From: Methanocellales archaeon | Lineage (GTDB): Archaea > Halobacteriota > UBA148 > JAUWXC01 | DNA length: 64,000 bases | Direction of reading: 5' to 3' | Assembly: GCA_030018435.1 (NCBI GenBank) | Contig: JASEEY010000001.1 | Coordinates: forward strand, 83,641-147,640 | In this document: piece by piece, positions 1 through 9,250 of the stretch | How the letters are laid out: the number at the start of each line of letters is the position of its first letter | Position numbering within the stretch: the stretch's first letter is position 1 | Notes under the pieces: generated by a model | What the model was told of the DNA's origin: nothing | Database searches by the model: none | Seen by the model: only the letters and a program-made list of their open reading frames with translations | Translations under genes and position numbers: made by a program

Positions 1-1
1 C

Positions 2-142
2 TATGTTTTCGTCCCGCTGCAAAGGCAAATTCACGCCGGATATGGATGGAAAAACGTCGAGACCACGAAATTTAGCGACGCAAATCACTTTGAATTGGCG
101 TATGAAAACCAGGATGTCCAAATCTACAGGGTGATATATTGA
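2..142 (+). CDS. C-terminal fragment of a GT-C-like membrane protein (partial, runs off the window)
   Basis: Frame reads YVFVPLQ...DVQIYRVIY*, paralogous to the C-terminus of 1146..2987. Confidence 0.7.
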   Translation, partial: YVFVPLQRQIHAGYGWKNVETTKFSDANHFELAYENQDVQIYRVIY

Positions 143-1149
143 AGATAAAAGACAGGCAGATTCTGTTGTTCGCCGTTATATGCGCAGCACTATGGTTTAG
201 GTCTCCGATATTGGAGGGCTATATTATTCCGACATTCGGCAATACGATGTATCACGTCGGAATCATCAGAAAGACAATGGAAACGATGTACTATCCTTTG
301 TATGAATTATCGTATGGCGGAGGATTCAGACATTTTTACGTTCCAGCATACAGGCTGCTAATCGCCTCTATGGCAATAACCTCGGGTATTGATCCGATGC
401 CCCTTTCTGGCATGATGACCCTTGCCATTGCCCTTTTCATCGCCCTGATGCTCTACTCTCTTGGCCGTCGAATCTACGATAACCATTATGTTGGACTGTG
501 TGCAGCCCTCTTCTTCGTGATATCTCCTGAGCTGACGATTTTTTCATCAAGAGCGCTGCCCCAGTCGTTGGGTCTCTTCATGATCCCCTTAACGCTGTAC
601 TTTGTGCTCAGGGAGCAGAGGTTACTTAGCGTGTTAGCAGCGATGGCAACGGCTTTGACGCACCAGATGACATTGCTCGTTCTCGTGCTAACATTGCTGA
701 TATATTCTGTACTCCAGCTTAGGGATAAGAACAAATTTCTATCGGCATTTGTGCCATTACTCGCTGCCTGTGCCACGTATGGAATCTGGCAAATGTACAC
801 CATGCAAACGTTAGATATTTTCAGCATATCACAGGTCAAGTATCATGAAGGTACAGTCGTCGACTGGAAGTTATTTGCCAGGGCTGGACTCGTCGTCATT
901 CCGTTTTCCATAATCGGGTTTATTCGCACATTTCTTTCGGATCACATGCCGAGAGATCGCAAGCTTCTAATGCTATCTTGGTTCGCTGCAACTCTGTTGT
1001 TGACGAAGAACGAGTTGTTTGGCGTAAGCATATTCATGGACCGGTTCTTTACGTTCTGGGTGGAGTGTATGGTAATTTTTGCCGGTTTTGGTCTCTTTTA
1101 TTCCTTGAATTACCTCGATGGACTGTTGAATAAGGTGGGTACGAAATGA
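139..1149 (+). CDS. Polytopic membrane protein, GT-C/PMT-like glycosyltransferase family
   Basis: Many TM segments; YH..I and Y.P.Y loop motifs typical of archaeal GT-C-like proteins. Confidence 0.6.
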   Translation: MKIKDRQILLFAVICAALWFRSPILEGYIIPTFGNTMYHVGIIRKTMETMYYPLYELSYGGGFRHFYVPAYRLLIASMAITSGIDPMPLSGMMTLAIALFIALMLYSLGRRIYDNHYVGLCAALFFVISPELTIFSSRALPQSLGLFMIPLTLYFVLREQRLLSVLAAMATALTHQMTLLVLVLTLLIYSVLQLRDKNKFLSAFVPLLAACATYGIWQMYTMQTLDIFSISQVKYHEGTVVDWKLFARAGLVVIPFSIIGFIRTFLSDHMPRDRKLLMLSWFAATLLLTKNELFGVSIFMDRFFTFWVECMVIFAGFGLFYSLNYLDGLLNKVGTK

Positions 1150-2987
1150 GAAAATTAGGGATGGCTGGTATTCTAGCTGGCATATTGGTGATGATGCCCC
1201 TTGGCTTCGTATCGCTACCTCTCCTAGTATTCTTCCCAGGGTTTTGCGTGTATGCGCATATGAAAAAGCGGTTTAGCATCATCGAGATGCTCGCAGCGTC
1301 CATCACGTTGTCTTTGGTGATGATTCCTCTTATCACTGTGCCCATGCGTTTTATCGGCCTAGATATGATGCAAGTAGTTCTGGGTCTATTCATTATTGGA
1401 TCGTCAGCTGGCTTGTTAAACAAAGAATTCGCAGTGCAATCCAGCAAACGTGACTACATCATCATTTTACTCGCGATAGTTGCAGCCCTGATCGTATTCT
1501 TCCCGCTTCTAAACTGCTTCACGTTCACCGCCGAAGGTCTCATGGCCAATCCAACCCATGCATCGGATTTGAATTACCATCTGTCCATCATACAGCGATA
1601 CATCAATGCGCCCCAAATACCTCCAGAAGATGCCTATCTTCCAGGATATCACATTCCATACAATTGGTTCGTGCACGTTTTTATGGGCGAGATGTGTAAG
1701 TTGACCGATATTCACCCATTCTCGATGGTTAAGATCATTTTTCCACTACTGCTATTCGCCTTGTTCCTGAACGTGTATCTTCTCGCAGAGTACATATTTG
1801 ATAAACAAGCAGCATTGTGTGCGTCTCTGATCTACATCTTCACTGGTGGTTTATCATGGCTGTACATAGCGCTATATTTTGGACGAACCGGCCTGTTCCA
1901 GGCGCTTATATACAATTTCAAGGACATGACCACGCTAAAATACGACCCGACCTTGTTATTCTATCTCATGCCTCAGACACAGGCATTTGCCCTGGTCATA
2001 ATGGCCTTTATTTTGTATATCTGGCTCGTTTCTACTACTGAAAACTCAAGAGGACTGGCTGTATTGGCAGGTGTATCCTTGGGCATTCTGGTATACTATC
2101 ATCTCATATCGGCGTTTCCGCTTTTCGTTTTAGTTGTCCTGTATATGTTATGGAGCTTAAGGGTGAGAGAAAAGTTGGAGATCAATGCGATTGTATTGAT
2201 GCTCGCCTCCTTCATTGCAGCATTCCAATTGATGCTGCTTCCACAAAACGCACCATCGCAACTTATGATTGCACACCACCCGAATGTCCTCCTTTCTACC
2301 ATCATGGCGCTAGGGGTGCTAGTGCCATTTGGCATTCTTGGAGCTTGGAAATCGCTGGGCAACAAAAAAGCGCGTGGCATATTGATTTTTGGCCTGGTGC
2401 TATTCATAATGCTGAACGTAATCACCCTGCCGCTCACCCAGAATACCTACCGCTTTCTCGTGTATCTGACCATGCCCGCTTCGATATTTTCAGGCTACTG
2501 GATACATGACCTGTACAACAGACTGTCGCCACCGAGGAGGTATCTCCCATTGCTGGCAGTACTTCTCATACTGCCTTCTACCATGATACTTGTCGGATTT
2601 TACGCAGTTGGCACATACACCCATGCAGATGCAAATGAGGTCCGAGCATTGAACTGGATTTGTGAGAATACACCAGATGATGCAGTATTCCTCGAGGAGC
2701 CATCTCACTTTCCGAGAATCCCTCTGGTGACGGGCAGGCGCATAGCATATGCAGGCCAGTTGTATATGACACAATATCACGGAGTTGATGATTGGTCAAA
2801 CGTAAATAGTCTCTTTTATGAAACAGATGCTTCCCAATTGAACAAAGACCTGCACTTAAGAGATGTTTCATATGTGTTCGTCGGGCACAGAGAGGCAAAA
2901 TATCCAATCAGCAATACCCTGCGCGATGCAAATTATTTCAAAAACGCATACGATTACGATGATGTCCAAATCTACAGGGTGATTTAA
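1146..2987 (+). CDS. GT-C-like membrane glycosyltransferase with soluble C-terminal domain
   Basis: Multiple TMs, DLNYH motif, C-terminal AL.WI.ENTP.DAVFLE and YVFVG..E motifs. Confidence 0.65.
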   Translation: MRKLGMAGILAGILVMMPLGFVSLPLLVFFPGFCVYAHMKKRFSIIEMLAASITLSLVMIPLITVPMRFIGLDMMQVVLGLFIIGSSAGLLNKEFAVQSSKRDYIIILLAIVAALIVFFPLLNCFTFTAEGLMANPTHASDLNYHLSIIQRYINAPQIPPEDAYLPGYHIPYNWFVHVFMGEMCKLTDIHPFSMVKIIFPLLLFALFLNVYLLAEYIFDKQAALCASLIYIFTGGLSWLYIALYFGRTGLFQALIYNFKDMTTLKYDPTLLFYLMPQTQAFALVIMAFILYIWLVSTTENSRGLAVLAGVSLGILVYYHLISAFPLFVLVVLYMLWSLRVREKLEINAIVLMLASFIAAFQLMLLPQNAPSQLMIAHHPNVLLSTIMALGVLVPFGILGAWKSLGNKKARGILIFGLVLFIMLNVITLPLTQNTYRFLVYLTMPASIFSGYWIHDLYNRLSPPRRYLPLLAVLLILPSTMILVGFYAVGTYTHADANEVRALNWICENTPDDAVFLEEPSHFPRIPLVTGRRIAYAGQLYMTQYHGVDDWSNVNSLFYETDASQLNKDLHLRDVSYVFVGHREAKYPISNTLRDANYFKNAYDYDDVQIYRVI

Positions 2988-3292
2988 TGGAAATAACGGC
3001 GCTCGATGCACTGAAATTCTCGATGTCGTTTGTGTACCTGCTCATACTTCCGGGCTTCAACCTATTGCGCACAGCGAATATGCTGAGCGATCTTGAAATC
3101 GAGGAAAAGATCATGGTGAGTTTTGGTCTCAGCGCCATTGTGCTGGTCTTTATATCCCTTCTTTTAAGTCTGCACCACAGCATAGGTCTGAACTTCCGCA
3201 CATTGGTCACATTTATGACTCTGTTCATCGTACTCTCAACCAAGGAAGTGATAGACTGCCCAAGGAAATTGCTGAACCGTTTGCGATACTGA
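2987..3292 (+). CDS. Small membrane protein (DUF1616 N-terminal-like)
   Basis: LPGF...E.I..SFGLS pattern, 3 TMs, translationally coupled to upstream gene. Confidence 0.55.
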   Translation: MEITALDALKFSMSFVYLLILPGFNLLRTANMLSDLEIEEKIMVSFGLSAIVLVFISLLLSLHHSIGLNFRTLVTFMTLFIVLSTKEVIDCPRKLLNRLRY

Positions 3293-4176
3293 AGAAACAA
3301 GGATATCACATCGTTGGCAGGCATAGCGCAGTCAAGCCCTGCCTCTGGCTTAAGAAATCACTCAGGAGTGAAGGTGCCTGCTATAAATCCAGGTTTTATG
3401 GCATCTCCTCTCATAGATGCGTGCAGATGACTCCTTCGCTGAGGTGCACGCATCGCTGCGTATTCTGCTGGCGTCCTATAGAGCTGCCCATTCCAGAACA
3501 TGGGTGGGATGCGCCTGCTCAAATCGTTGAAGGCTGCCTAGCAGAACACATGCGATTGCTGTCAGGATATGGTGGCGCTACTACGACTGACCTTCAAAAA
3601 CTGGATGAGGCGAAGAGACCAAAGCATGTAGCAATATCGCTTGCTGGCGAGCCGACGCTGTATCCCTTATTGCCAGAGTTGATAGAGGCATTTCACGAGC
3701 AGGGCATGACCACATTCGTCGTGACGAACGGAACAAATCCAGAGATGCTCACAAAGATAAAGCCAACACAACTTTACATCTCGCTTAATGCACCAGATGA
3801 AGAGATGCATAAAAAGGTGTGCAATCCCGTTGGAGATACGTGGAGTGACATCAATAAGTCGCTTGAACTCATGAATAATATAAACACTAGAACGGCAATC
3901 AGAGTCACGCTCGTCAACGGCTTGAATATGGTGAGTCCTGAGGGATACGCGAAATTGATAGAGAGGGCAGAGCCGGATTACGTGGAAGCGAAGTCCTACA
4001 TGCACCTGGGCTTTTCAAGACGAAGGCTTCCAAGAAGTGCGATGCCCTCCCATGAAATCGTGCGCTCATTTGCAGAGCGGTTGGCAGATGAACTGGGATA
4101 CAAAATCGCTGATGAAGCGGAGATAAGCAGGGTCGTGCTCTTATCTAAAAATGGCAAAGTTGAGAGGATAAAATAG
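3256..4176 (+). CDS. taw1: 4-demethylwyosine synthase (radical SAM), probable CTG start
   Basis: CTHRCVFC and SLAGEPTLY; conserved N-terminus GYHIVGRHSAVKPCLW...CYKSRFYGISSHRC lies upstream of the listed GTG at 3421. Confidence 0.9.
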   Translation: MPKEIAEPFAILKKQGYHIVGRHSAVKPCLWLKKSLRSEGACYKSRFYGISSHRCVQMTPSLRCTHRCVFCWRPIELPIPEHGWDAPAQIVEGCLAEHMRLLSGYGGATTTDLQKLDEAKRPKHVAISLAGEPTLYPLLPELIEAFHEQGMTTFVVTNGTNPEMLTKIKPTQLYISLNAPDEEMHKKVCNPVGDTWSDINKSLELMNNINTRTAIRVTLVNGLNMVSPEGYAKLIERAEPDYVEAKSYMHLGFSRRRLPRSAMPSHEIVRSFAERLADELGYKIADEAEISRVVLLSKNGKVERIK

Positions 4177-4183
4177 CAAGGCA

Positions 4184-5254
4184 TCAAGACTCTTTTTGCC
4201 CCTTCATATAGACCGTTCGTATCGGGAATGGTATCACGATGCCCTCTTTATTGTACCTCTTGTGCAACTCCTTCATGAACTCATGAGTCACCAGATACTT
4301 GTCCACGTATTCCCTTACCCTTAGAATGACGGTGAAGTTTATGCTGAAGTCGCCGAATTTGTTGTACCTTATGAACGGCTCAAACGTCTCCACACCCCCG
4401 CTCACTTTCTTCAAGACTTTCTTTGCCACATCAATCGTAACTTTCTCCACCTTCTCGAGATCGCTATCGTAACTCACACCCACATCTACAAGGCAAGACA
4501 TCTCCTTCTCCGGCAGATAATAATTCGTGACTATGGCTTGAGTAAGTCTTTTATTCGGTATGACGATGACGTTGTTTGGCAGACTTCTTATCCTGGAGGT
4601 CCTCCATCCAACGTCGACCACGTAGCCTTCCTCGCCGCTATCCAGTTTTATGTAGTCGCCAACCCTGACAGGACGGTCGGTCATGATGTAGAAGCCGGAA
4701 AAAAAGTTTGATAATGTCTCTTGCAGTGCCAGCGCGACCGCAACGCCTCCGATGCCCAGCGTTGTTAATAATGGTGTAATCGAAACACCTAAAACATCGA
4801 ATATGATCATCAAACCGATGAGATATATTACTACTTGCACAACCCTCTGAATGATGGGAGCAACGGGTTTCGTACCCTCGTGCTTCTTGGCATAGTGCTT
4901 GATGAATCCCATCAGAATCCTGGAAACGCAAAATACCGCCGCTAATACGATGAATACAAGCAGCAGGGGGTCAACGTAAACCTCAATTTCAGGGGGCAAC
5001 GCCATGTAATGAAGTACGGTCCCAACACCTATGACTACGAAAATAAATATTAAAGGCATCCTAACCGTCCTGACGATTATGTCATCCAATTTCGTCCTCG
5101 TCTTCTCAGCCAGTCTAGCGATATAGCGGTCGATTATGAGGACTAGTACATAGCCAAAAACGACGAACGATATTATAATCAGTAGGGGCACCATGTACGA
5201 TGCCAAAAGTGATGATATGGCTTCTTCCAAAACTCCTGCCATTTTATCGACCAT
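4184..5254 (-). CDS. mscS: Small-conductance mechanosensitive channel
   Basis: GIGGVAVALALQETLSNFFSG, GDYI, IPN, GIVIPFP motifs. Confidence 0.92.
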   Translation of the reverse strand: MVDKMAGVLEEAISSLLASYMVPLLIIISFVVFGYVLVLIIDRYIARLAEKTRTKLDDIIVRTVRMPLIFIFVVIGVGTVLHYMALPPEIEVYVDPLLLVFIVLAAVFCVSRILMGFIKHYAKKHEGTKPVAPIIQRVVQVVIYLIGLMIIFDVLGVSITPLLTTLGIGGVAVALALQETLSNFFSGFYIMTDRPVRVGDYIKLDSGEEGYVVDVGWRTSRIRSLPNNVIVIPNKRLTQAIVTNYYLPEKEMSCLVDVGVSYDSDLEKVEKVTIDVAKKVLKKVSGGVETFEPFIRYNKFGDFSINFTVILRVREYVDKYLVTHEFMKELHKRYNKEGIVIPFPIRTVYMKGQKES

Positions 5255-5352
5255 CTTTAATAATGTAGAGGTATTCTATGATATATCTTTCTTAATTTGA
5301 GAGCGCTATTAGAAAAAGCATATAAAACAAAACATCCAGATGGTTATTTACC

Positions 5353-6822
5353 ATGTATTCTCCAGAGAGCATTCAAAAATTGGTAAAATCCAAGCTGAGG
5401 GGGTACAAATTTTTCATCGTTTCTAACAGGGAGCCGTACATTCATATGCACACCCCCGAGGGCATAAAGTGCAAGACTCCCACTGGCGGTCTGACCGCAG
5501 CATTAGATCCGCTGATGCAGGCATGTAAGGGCACATGGATTGCAGGGGGTAGCGGAGATGCAGATCGGGAAAACGTCGATGAGCATGACAAAACGCTAGT
5601 TCCGCCCGATGATCCAAAGTATGTACTGAGAAGAGTATGGATGAGCAAAGACGAGGTGGATAAGTATTACTTTGGCTTCTCCAACCAAGTGCTCTGGCCC
5701 CTGTGTCACAATGTTTTCCATAAGCCGACCTTTGACAAATCGTTCTGGGATGGCTACAAACATTCAAACAAGTTGTTTGCGAGAGCGGTCCTGGATGAGG
5801 TAAAAGGGGAGAAGGCGTTTGTGTGGTTTCATGATTATCATCTCGCCTTAACGCCTCGAATGGTTAGAAGTAAGGCAAAAGGACAAATCGTATCTGCACA
5901 TTTCTGGCACATTCCCTGGCCTTCATGGGATGTGTTCATGACCTGCCCATGGGCAAAAGAAATATTAGAAGGGTTATTGGCAAATGACCTGATTGGATTT
6001 CATCTCAAAAGGTACTGTATAAACTTCATGGCAAGTGTCGAGAGGGCTCTTGGGGCATCAGTGGACTACAAGTCCTTTGCGATTCAATATGGCGGCAGGA
6101 CAATTCTCGTAAGACCTTTTCCAATTAGTATAGACTTTGATGCCATAGAAAAGTCCGCGAAAAAGCCCATCATAAAGAGGAAAATCAAGGAAATCAGATC
6201 TCCGCACTATATTCCATATGAATTCATCGGCGTTGGCGTTGACAGACTTGATTATACAAAGGGCATCATAGAGAGATTTCATGCCATAGACAGGTTTCTG
6301 GAGAAATATCCAAAATACCAGAACAACTTCGTGTACATCGAGGCCGGTGCACCGAGCAGGAGAAAAGTACCCGCATACATGAAACTGGGCGAGGATATAA
6401 CAAAGCTCGTCGAGGGTATCAACTGGAAGTATCAAAGGGGTTACTGGAAACCCATTATATACATAGAAGGAAAACTGGAATACAACAAACTTTTAGCACT
6501 GTATAGAACGGCAGATGTGTGTATAGTGAGTCCTCTCCAGGATGGAATGAATTTAGTGGCAAAGGAGTTTGTCGCCGCCAACGTTGATCGCAACGGTGTT
6601 TTAATCCTCAGTCAGTTTGCAGGAGCTACGGAGGAGCTAAAAGATGCGGTCGTCGTTAATCCGTATGATGTCGAGGGTTTCGCAGATGCGATAAAAAATG
6701 CTTTAGAAATGAGGGGCGAGGAAAAGCGAAAAAGGATGGAGAGATTGAGGGGGGTTGTGAGGGAGAATAACGTGTACAAGTGGCTGGGAGATTTTGTCTC
6801 CGAAGCCGCTAAACTCATTTAG
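5353..6822 (+). CDS. otsA: Trehalose-6-phosphate synthase (GT20)
   Basis: VSNREP, GGL, WFHDYHL, FWHIPWP, VDRLDYTKG, DGMNLVAKE. Confidence 0.95.
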   Translation: MYSPESIQKLVKSKLRGYKFFIVSNREPYIHMHTPEGIKCKTPTGGLTAALDPLMQACKGTWIAGGSGDADRENVDEHDKTLVPPDDPKYVLRRVWMSKDEVDKYYFGFSNQVLWPLCHNVFHKPTFDKSFWDGYKHSNKLFARAVLDEVKGEKAFVWFHDYHLALTPRMVRSKAKGQIVSAHFWHIPWPSWDVFMTCPWAKEILEGLLANDLIGFHLKRYCINFMASVERALGASVDYKSFAIQYGGRTILVRPFPISIDFDAIEKSAKKPIIKRKIKEIRSPHYIPYEFIGVGVDRLDYTKGIIERFHAIDRFLEKYPKYQNNFVYIEAGAPSRRKVPAYMKLGEDITKLVEGINWKYQRGYWKPIIYIEGKLEYNKLLALYRTADVCIVSPLQDGMNLVAKEFVAANVDRNGVLILSQFAGATEELKDAVVVNPYDVEGFADAIKNALEMRGEEKRKRMERLRGVVRENNVYKWLGDFVSEAAKLI

Positions 6823-7627
6823 TGATCCTATGGAATACCTATTTGATTGCTGGGCTTCGATCGAGTATACGCTCGGTCGTTGGAAAAGAGTGGGAGTGTT
6901 ACCGAAAATTTTGCTGTTAATGGATTATGATGGCACGCTGACGCCCATCGTTGACAGGCCCGAACTGGCGGTTTTATCAGATGATGTAAGGGATGTGCTA
7001 AAGCAGACATCAAAGCGCTATCCAACAGCCATCATAAGCGGAAGATCGCTGAAGGATATCAAAAATATGGTAAAGGTGAAAGAGATATACTATGCCGGAA
7101 ACCATGGCTTTGAGATCTCCGGACCCGAAATAGAGCTCATAAAAGATGAGGCAAAGTTAGCAAAACCAGTAATACTAAAAATATGCAACGAACTGCAAGA
7201 AAAATTATCCCATATGAACGGTGCTATCGTCGAGAACAAGGGGCTAACCGCAAGCGTTCATTACAGACTGGTTTCAAAAAATGATTTTCCGGAGTTGAAA
7301 AAGGTATTCGAGGAGTTGACAAAACCATACCTCGAGAGAGGAGACATCAAGATTACCAGTGGCAAAAAGGTGTTTGAGATCAGGCCAAACGTCGACTGGG
7401 ATAAGGGGCGAGCGGTGTTGTGGATAATGAATGCCCTCAACATTAAAGATGGCCTGGCAATCTATATGGGCGATGACAAAACAGATGAGGATGCATTTCT
7501 TGCCCTGAAAAATAAGGGGATAACCATTTTGATTTCAGAGAGGACAAAAAAATCGAATGCAAAATACTTTTTGAGAGATGTATCTGACGTCAAGGCGTTT
7601 CTGGGAAGGTTGATTTCGTTATCCTAA
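6794..7627 (+). CDS. otsB: Trehalose-6-phosphate phosphatase (HAD); start may be ATG 6830
   Basis: DYDGTL, ISGR, GNHG, GKKVFEIRP, GDDKTDEDAF. Confidence 0.93.
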   Translation: MSPKPLNSFSDPMEYLFDCWASIEYTLGRWKRVGVLPKILLLMDYDGTLTPIVDRPELAVLSDDVRDVLKQTSKRYPTAIISGRSLKDIKNMVKVKEIYYAGNHGFEISGPEIELIKDEAKLAKPVILKICNELQEKLSHMNGAIVENKGLTASVHYRLVSKNDFPELKKVFEELTKPYLERGDIKITSGKKVFEIRPNVDWDKGRAVLWIMNALNIKDGLAIYMGDDKTDEDAFLALKNKGITILISERTKKSNAKYFLRDVSDVKAFLGRLISLS

Positions 7628-8985
7628 TACTTCTGAAAATATATCCCATATTGGTTTTGTGCCCTCCGCATATTCTTTCGTTACCGTATCGAAGCCCATT
7701 TCTCCGATTGCCACCCCCTTCTCAGGATGTGAGAGCACACCAATGGCCTTCTCGGCAAGCTCTTCTGGATTTTTTGGGTCAAAAACATAGCCGTTCTCTC
7801 CTTCCACGATTAACTCTGAAACACCTGCGCCAGAGCTAATGACGGCGGGTTTCTTGTACAGCCAGGCTTCGATCACGACCAGCCCAAAGCCTTCTTGAAT
7901 CGATGGCAACACCACTACATCAGACCGCGCATATGCAGCCCTAAGCTCTTTATCGGGCAGATAACCCGTGAATATCACGTTTTCCTCTATACCGAGCCCT
8001 TTGACCAATTCTTCGAGCTTGCTCTGCCATATGGCCCCCTTATGATATCCGAGGCCCCCTCTTTTAGCACTTGTAAAGCTCCCATCACCGATCAGAAGCA
8101 GTTTCGTTTTCGGAAAACGCTTGAGAATGGCAGGCAAGGCCTTTATCGCAACATCCTGAGCCTTCATCGGCACGATTCTAGCTACGACGGATATGACGTT
8201 CTCATCTCCTATCCCGAACTCATCGCAGAATTTGTGGACCTCTGATTCTGATGGCGTGGTGAAGGCGCTCTGGTCGGTGTAGGGATATACCTGGTATGCT
8301 CTGCCTTTATAACCTGCTTTTTGGAGACTATCAAGATACTTCTTGCAACTGACGATTAGTGCATCATGATTTTGCATATGTCTGAGCACGAACTTGCGCA
8401 GATCGTCTGAGAACGATTCCACGTTCAAGGGGATGTGCCATCTGAATATCTTAGGAAATGGGGCAAGCATCGATCCCACGAGCAATTGCTGAAAGTCGTG
8501 TATATAAAACAAATCAAAGTCAATTCAAAGTCAATTTCACTATTCAGTTCCAGCATTTCCCATGCGCACAGCCAGTTGTAGAGAGAGAAATAACGGAAAT
8601 GGTCCATTTGCATCTGCTTTGGCTCGAGGTTATGCACAGCACGCCACAGTGACTCCTTGAACCTGGCAAAGCCGGAGAGCATGTGCGGATTTATCATAAC
8701 GTGATGCAGGGTTATTCCATCTGCCGTAATTGATCTCGGAGCCATCGGATTCAACACAACCCAATGGGGGTCTTTGATGATGCCCGCGGCAATGGAGTCC
8801 CTCAGAAACGGATAAACGATTCTCGACACGCCGCCAGGCGTATATTCATAATCCTCTCCCTCAGTGAACATGCTGAGCGGCGCGGGCTCGGAAAATTCAC
8901 CATACTTGCCGTACAAATCGTTAGAGTCCAGTTTGAATCTCACCAATGGCGTCTGGGAATTCACGCAGATTTTTAATTCGTGCAT
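7619..8985 (-). pseudogene. GT4 glycosyltransferase (trehalose-cluster type) split by an 11-bp duplication frameshift
   Basis: ORFs 8425..8985 and 7619..8512 join into one frame (...SEIDFDLFYIHDFQQL...) if one copy of tcaaagtcaat is removed; EGFGLVVIEA motif. Confidence 0.85.
8514..8535. repeat. 11-bp perfect tandem duplication (tcaaagtcaat x2)
   Basis: Read directly at 8514-8524 and 8525-8535. Confidence 0.95.
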
Positions 8986-9013
8986 GATTTAAAGGAGGAT
9001 TTGATATTTTAAA

Positions 9014-9142
9014 TCACCTTTTGCAAAACAGTTTCTTAATCTTCCCTACAATCCCCTCTGGCTTTCTGGTTTCTAATTTCTCCTCCGCCTTCACTGCCTT
9101 TGGTTTCGCGACTTTCTTCCTCTTGGTAGCTTTCTTTGCCAT
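9014..9142 (-). CDS. 42-aa Lys-rich small protein
   Basis: MAKKATKRKKVAKPKAVKAEEKLETRKPEGIVGKIKKLFCKR*, preceded by SD-like GGGTGAGG; below the ORF-track cutoff. Confidence 0.6.
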   Translation of the reverse strand: MAKKATKRKKVAKPKAVKAEEKLETRKPEGIVGKIKKLFCKR

Positions 9143-9250
9143 AAATCCTCACCCAATTTGCATTGTGTTGTTCTTGATATATAAAGACGTGAGTCAACGG
9201 CAATCAGCATAGATAAGTTAAATAAAGGCCTCAACATTCTTATGATAGGC

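Noticed and set aside
8425-8985. Programmed ribosomal frameshift in the glycosyltransferase
   Set aside because: Fully explained by the 11-bp duplication; no slippery site is needed.
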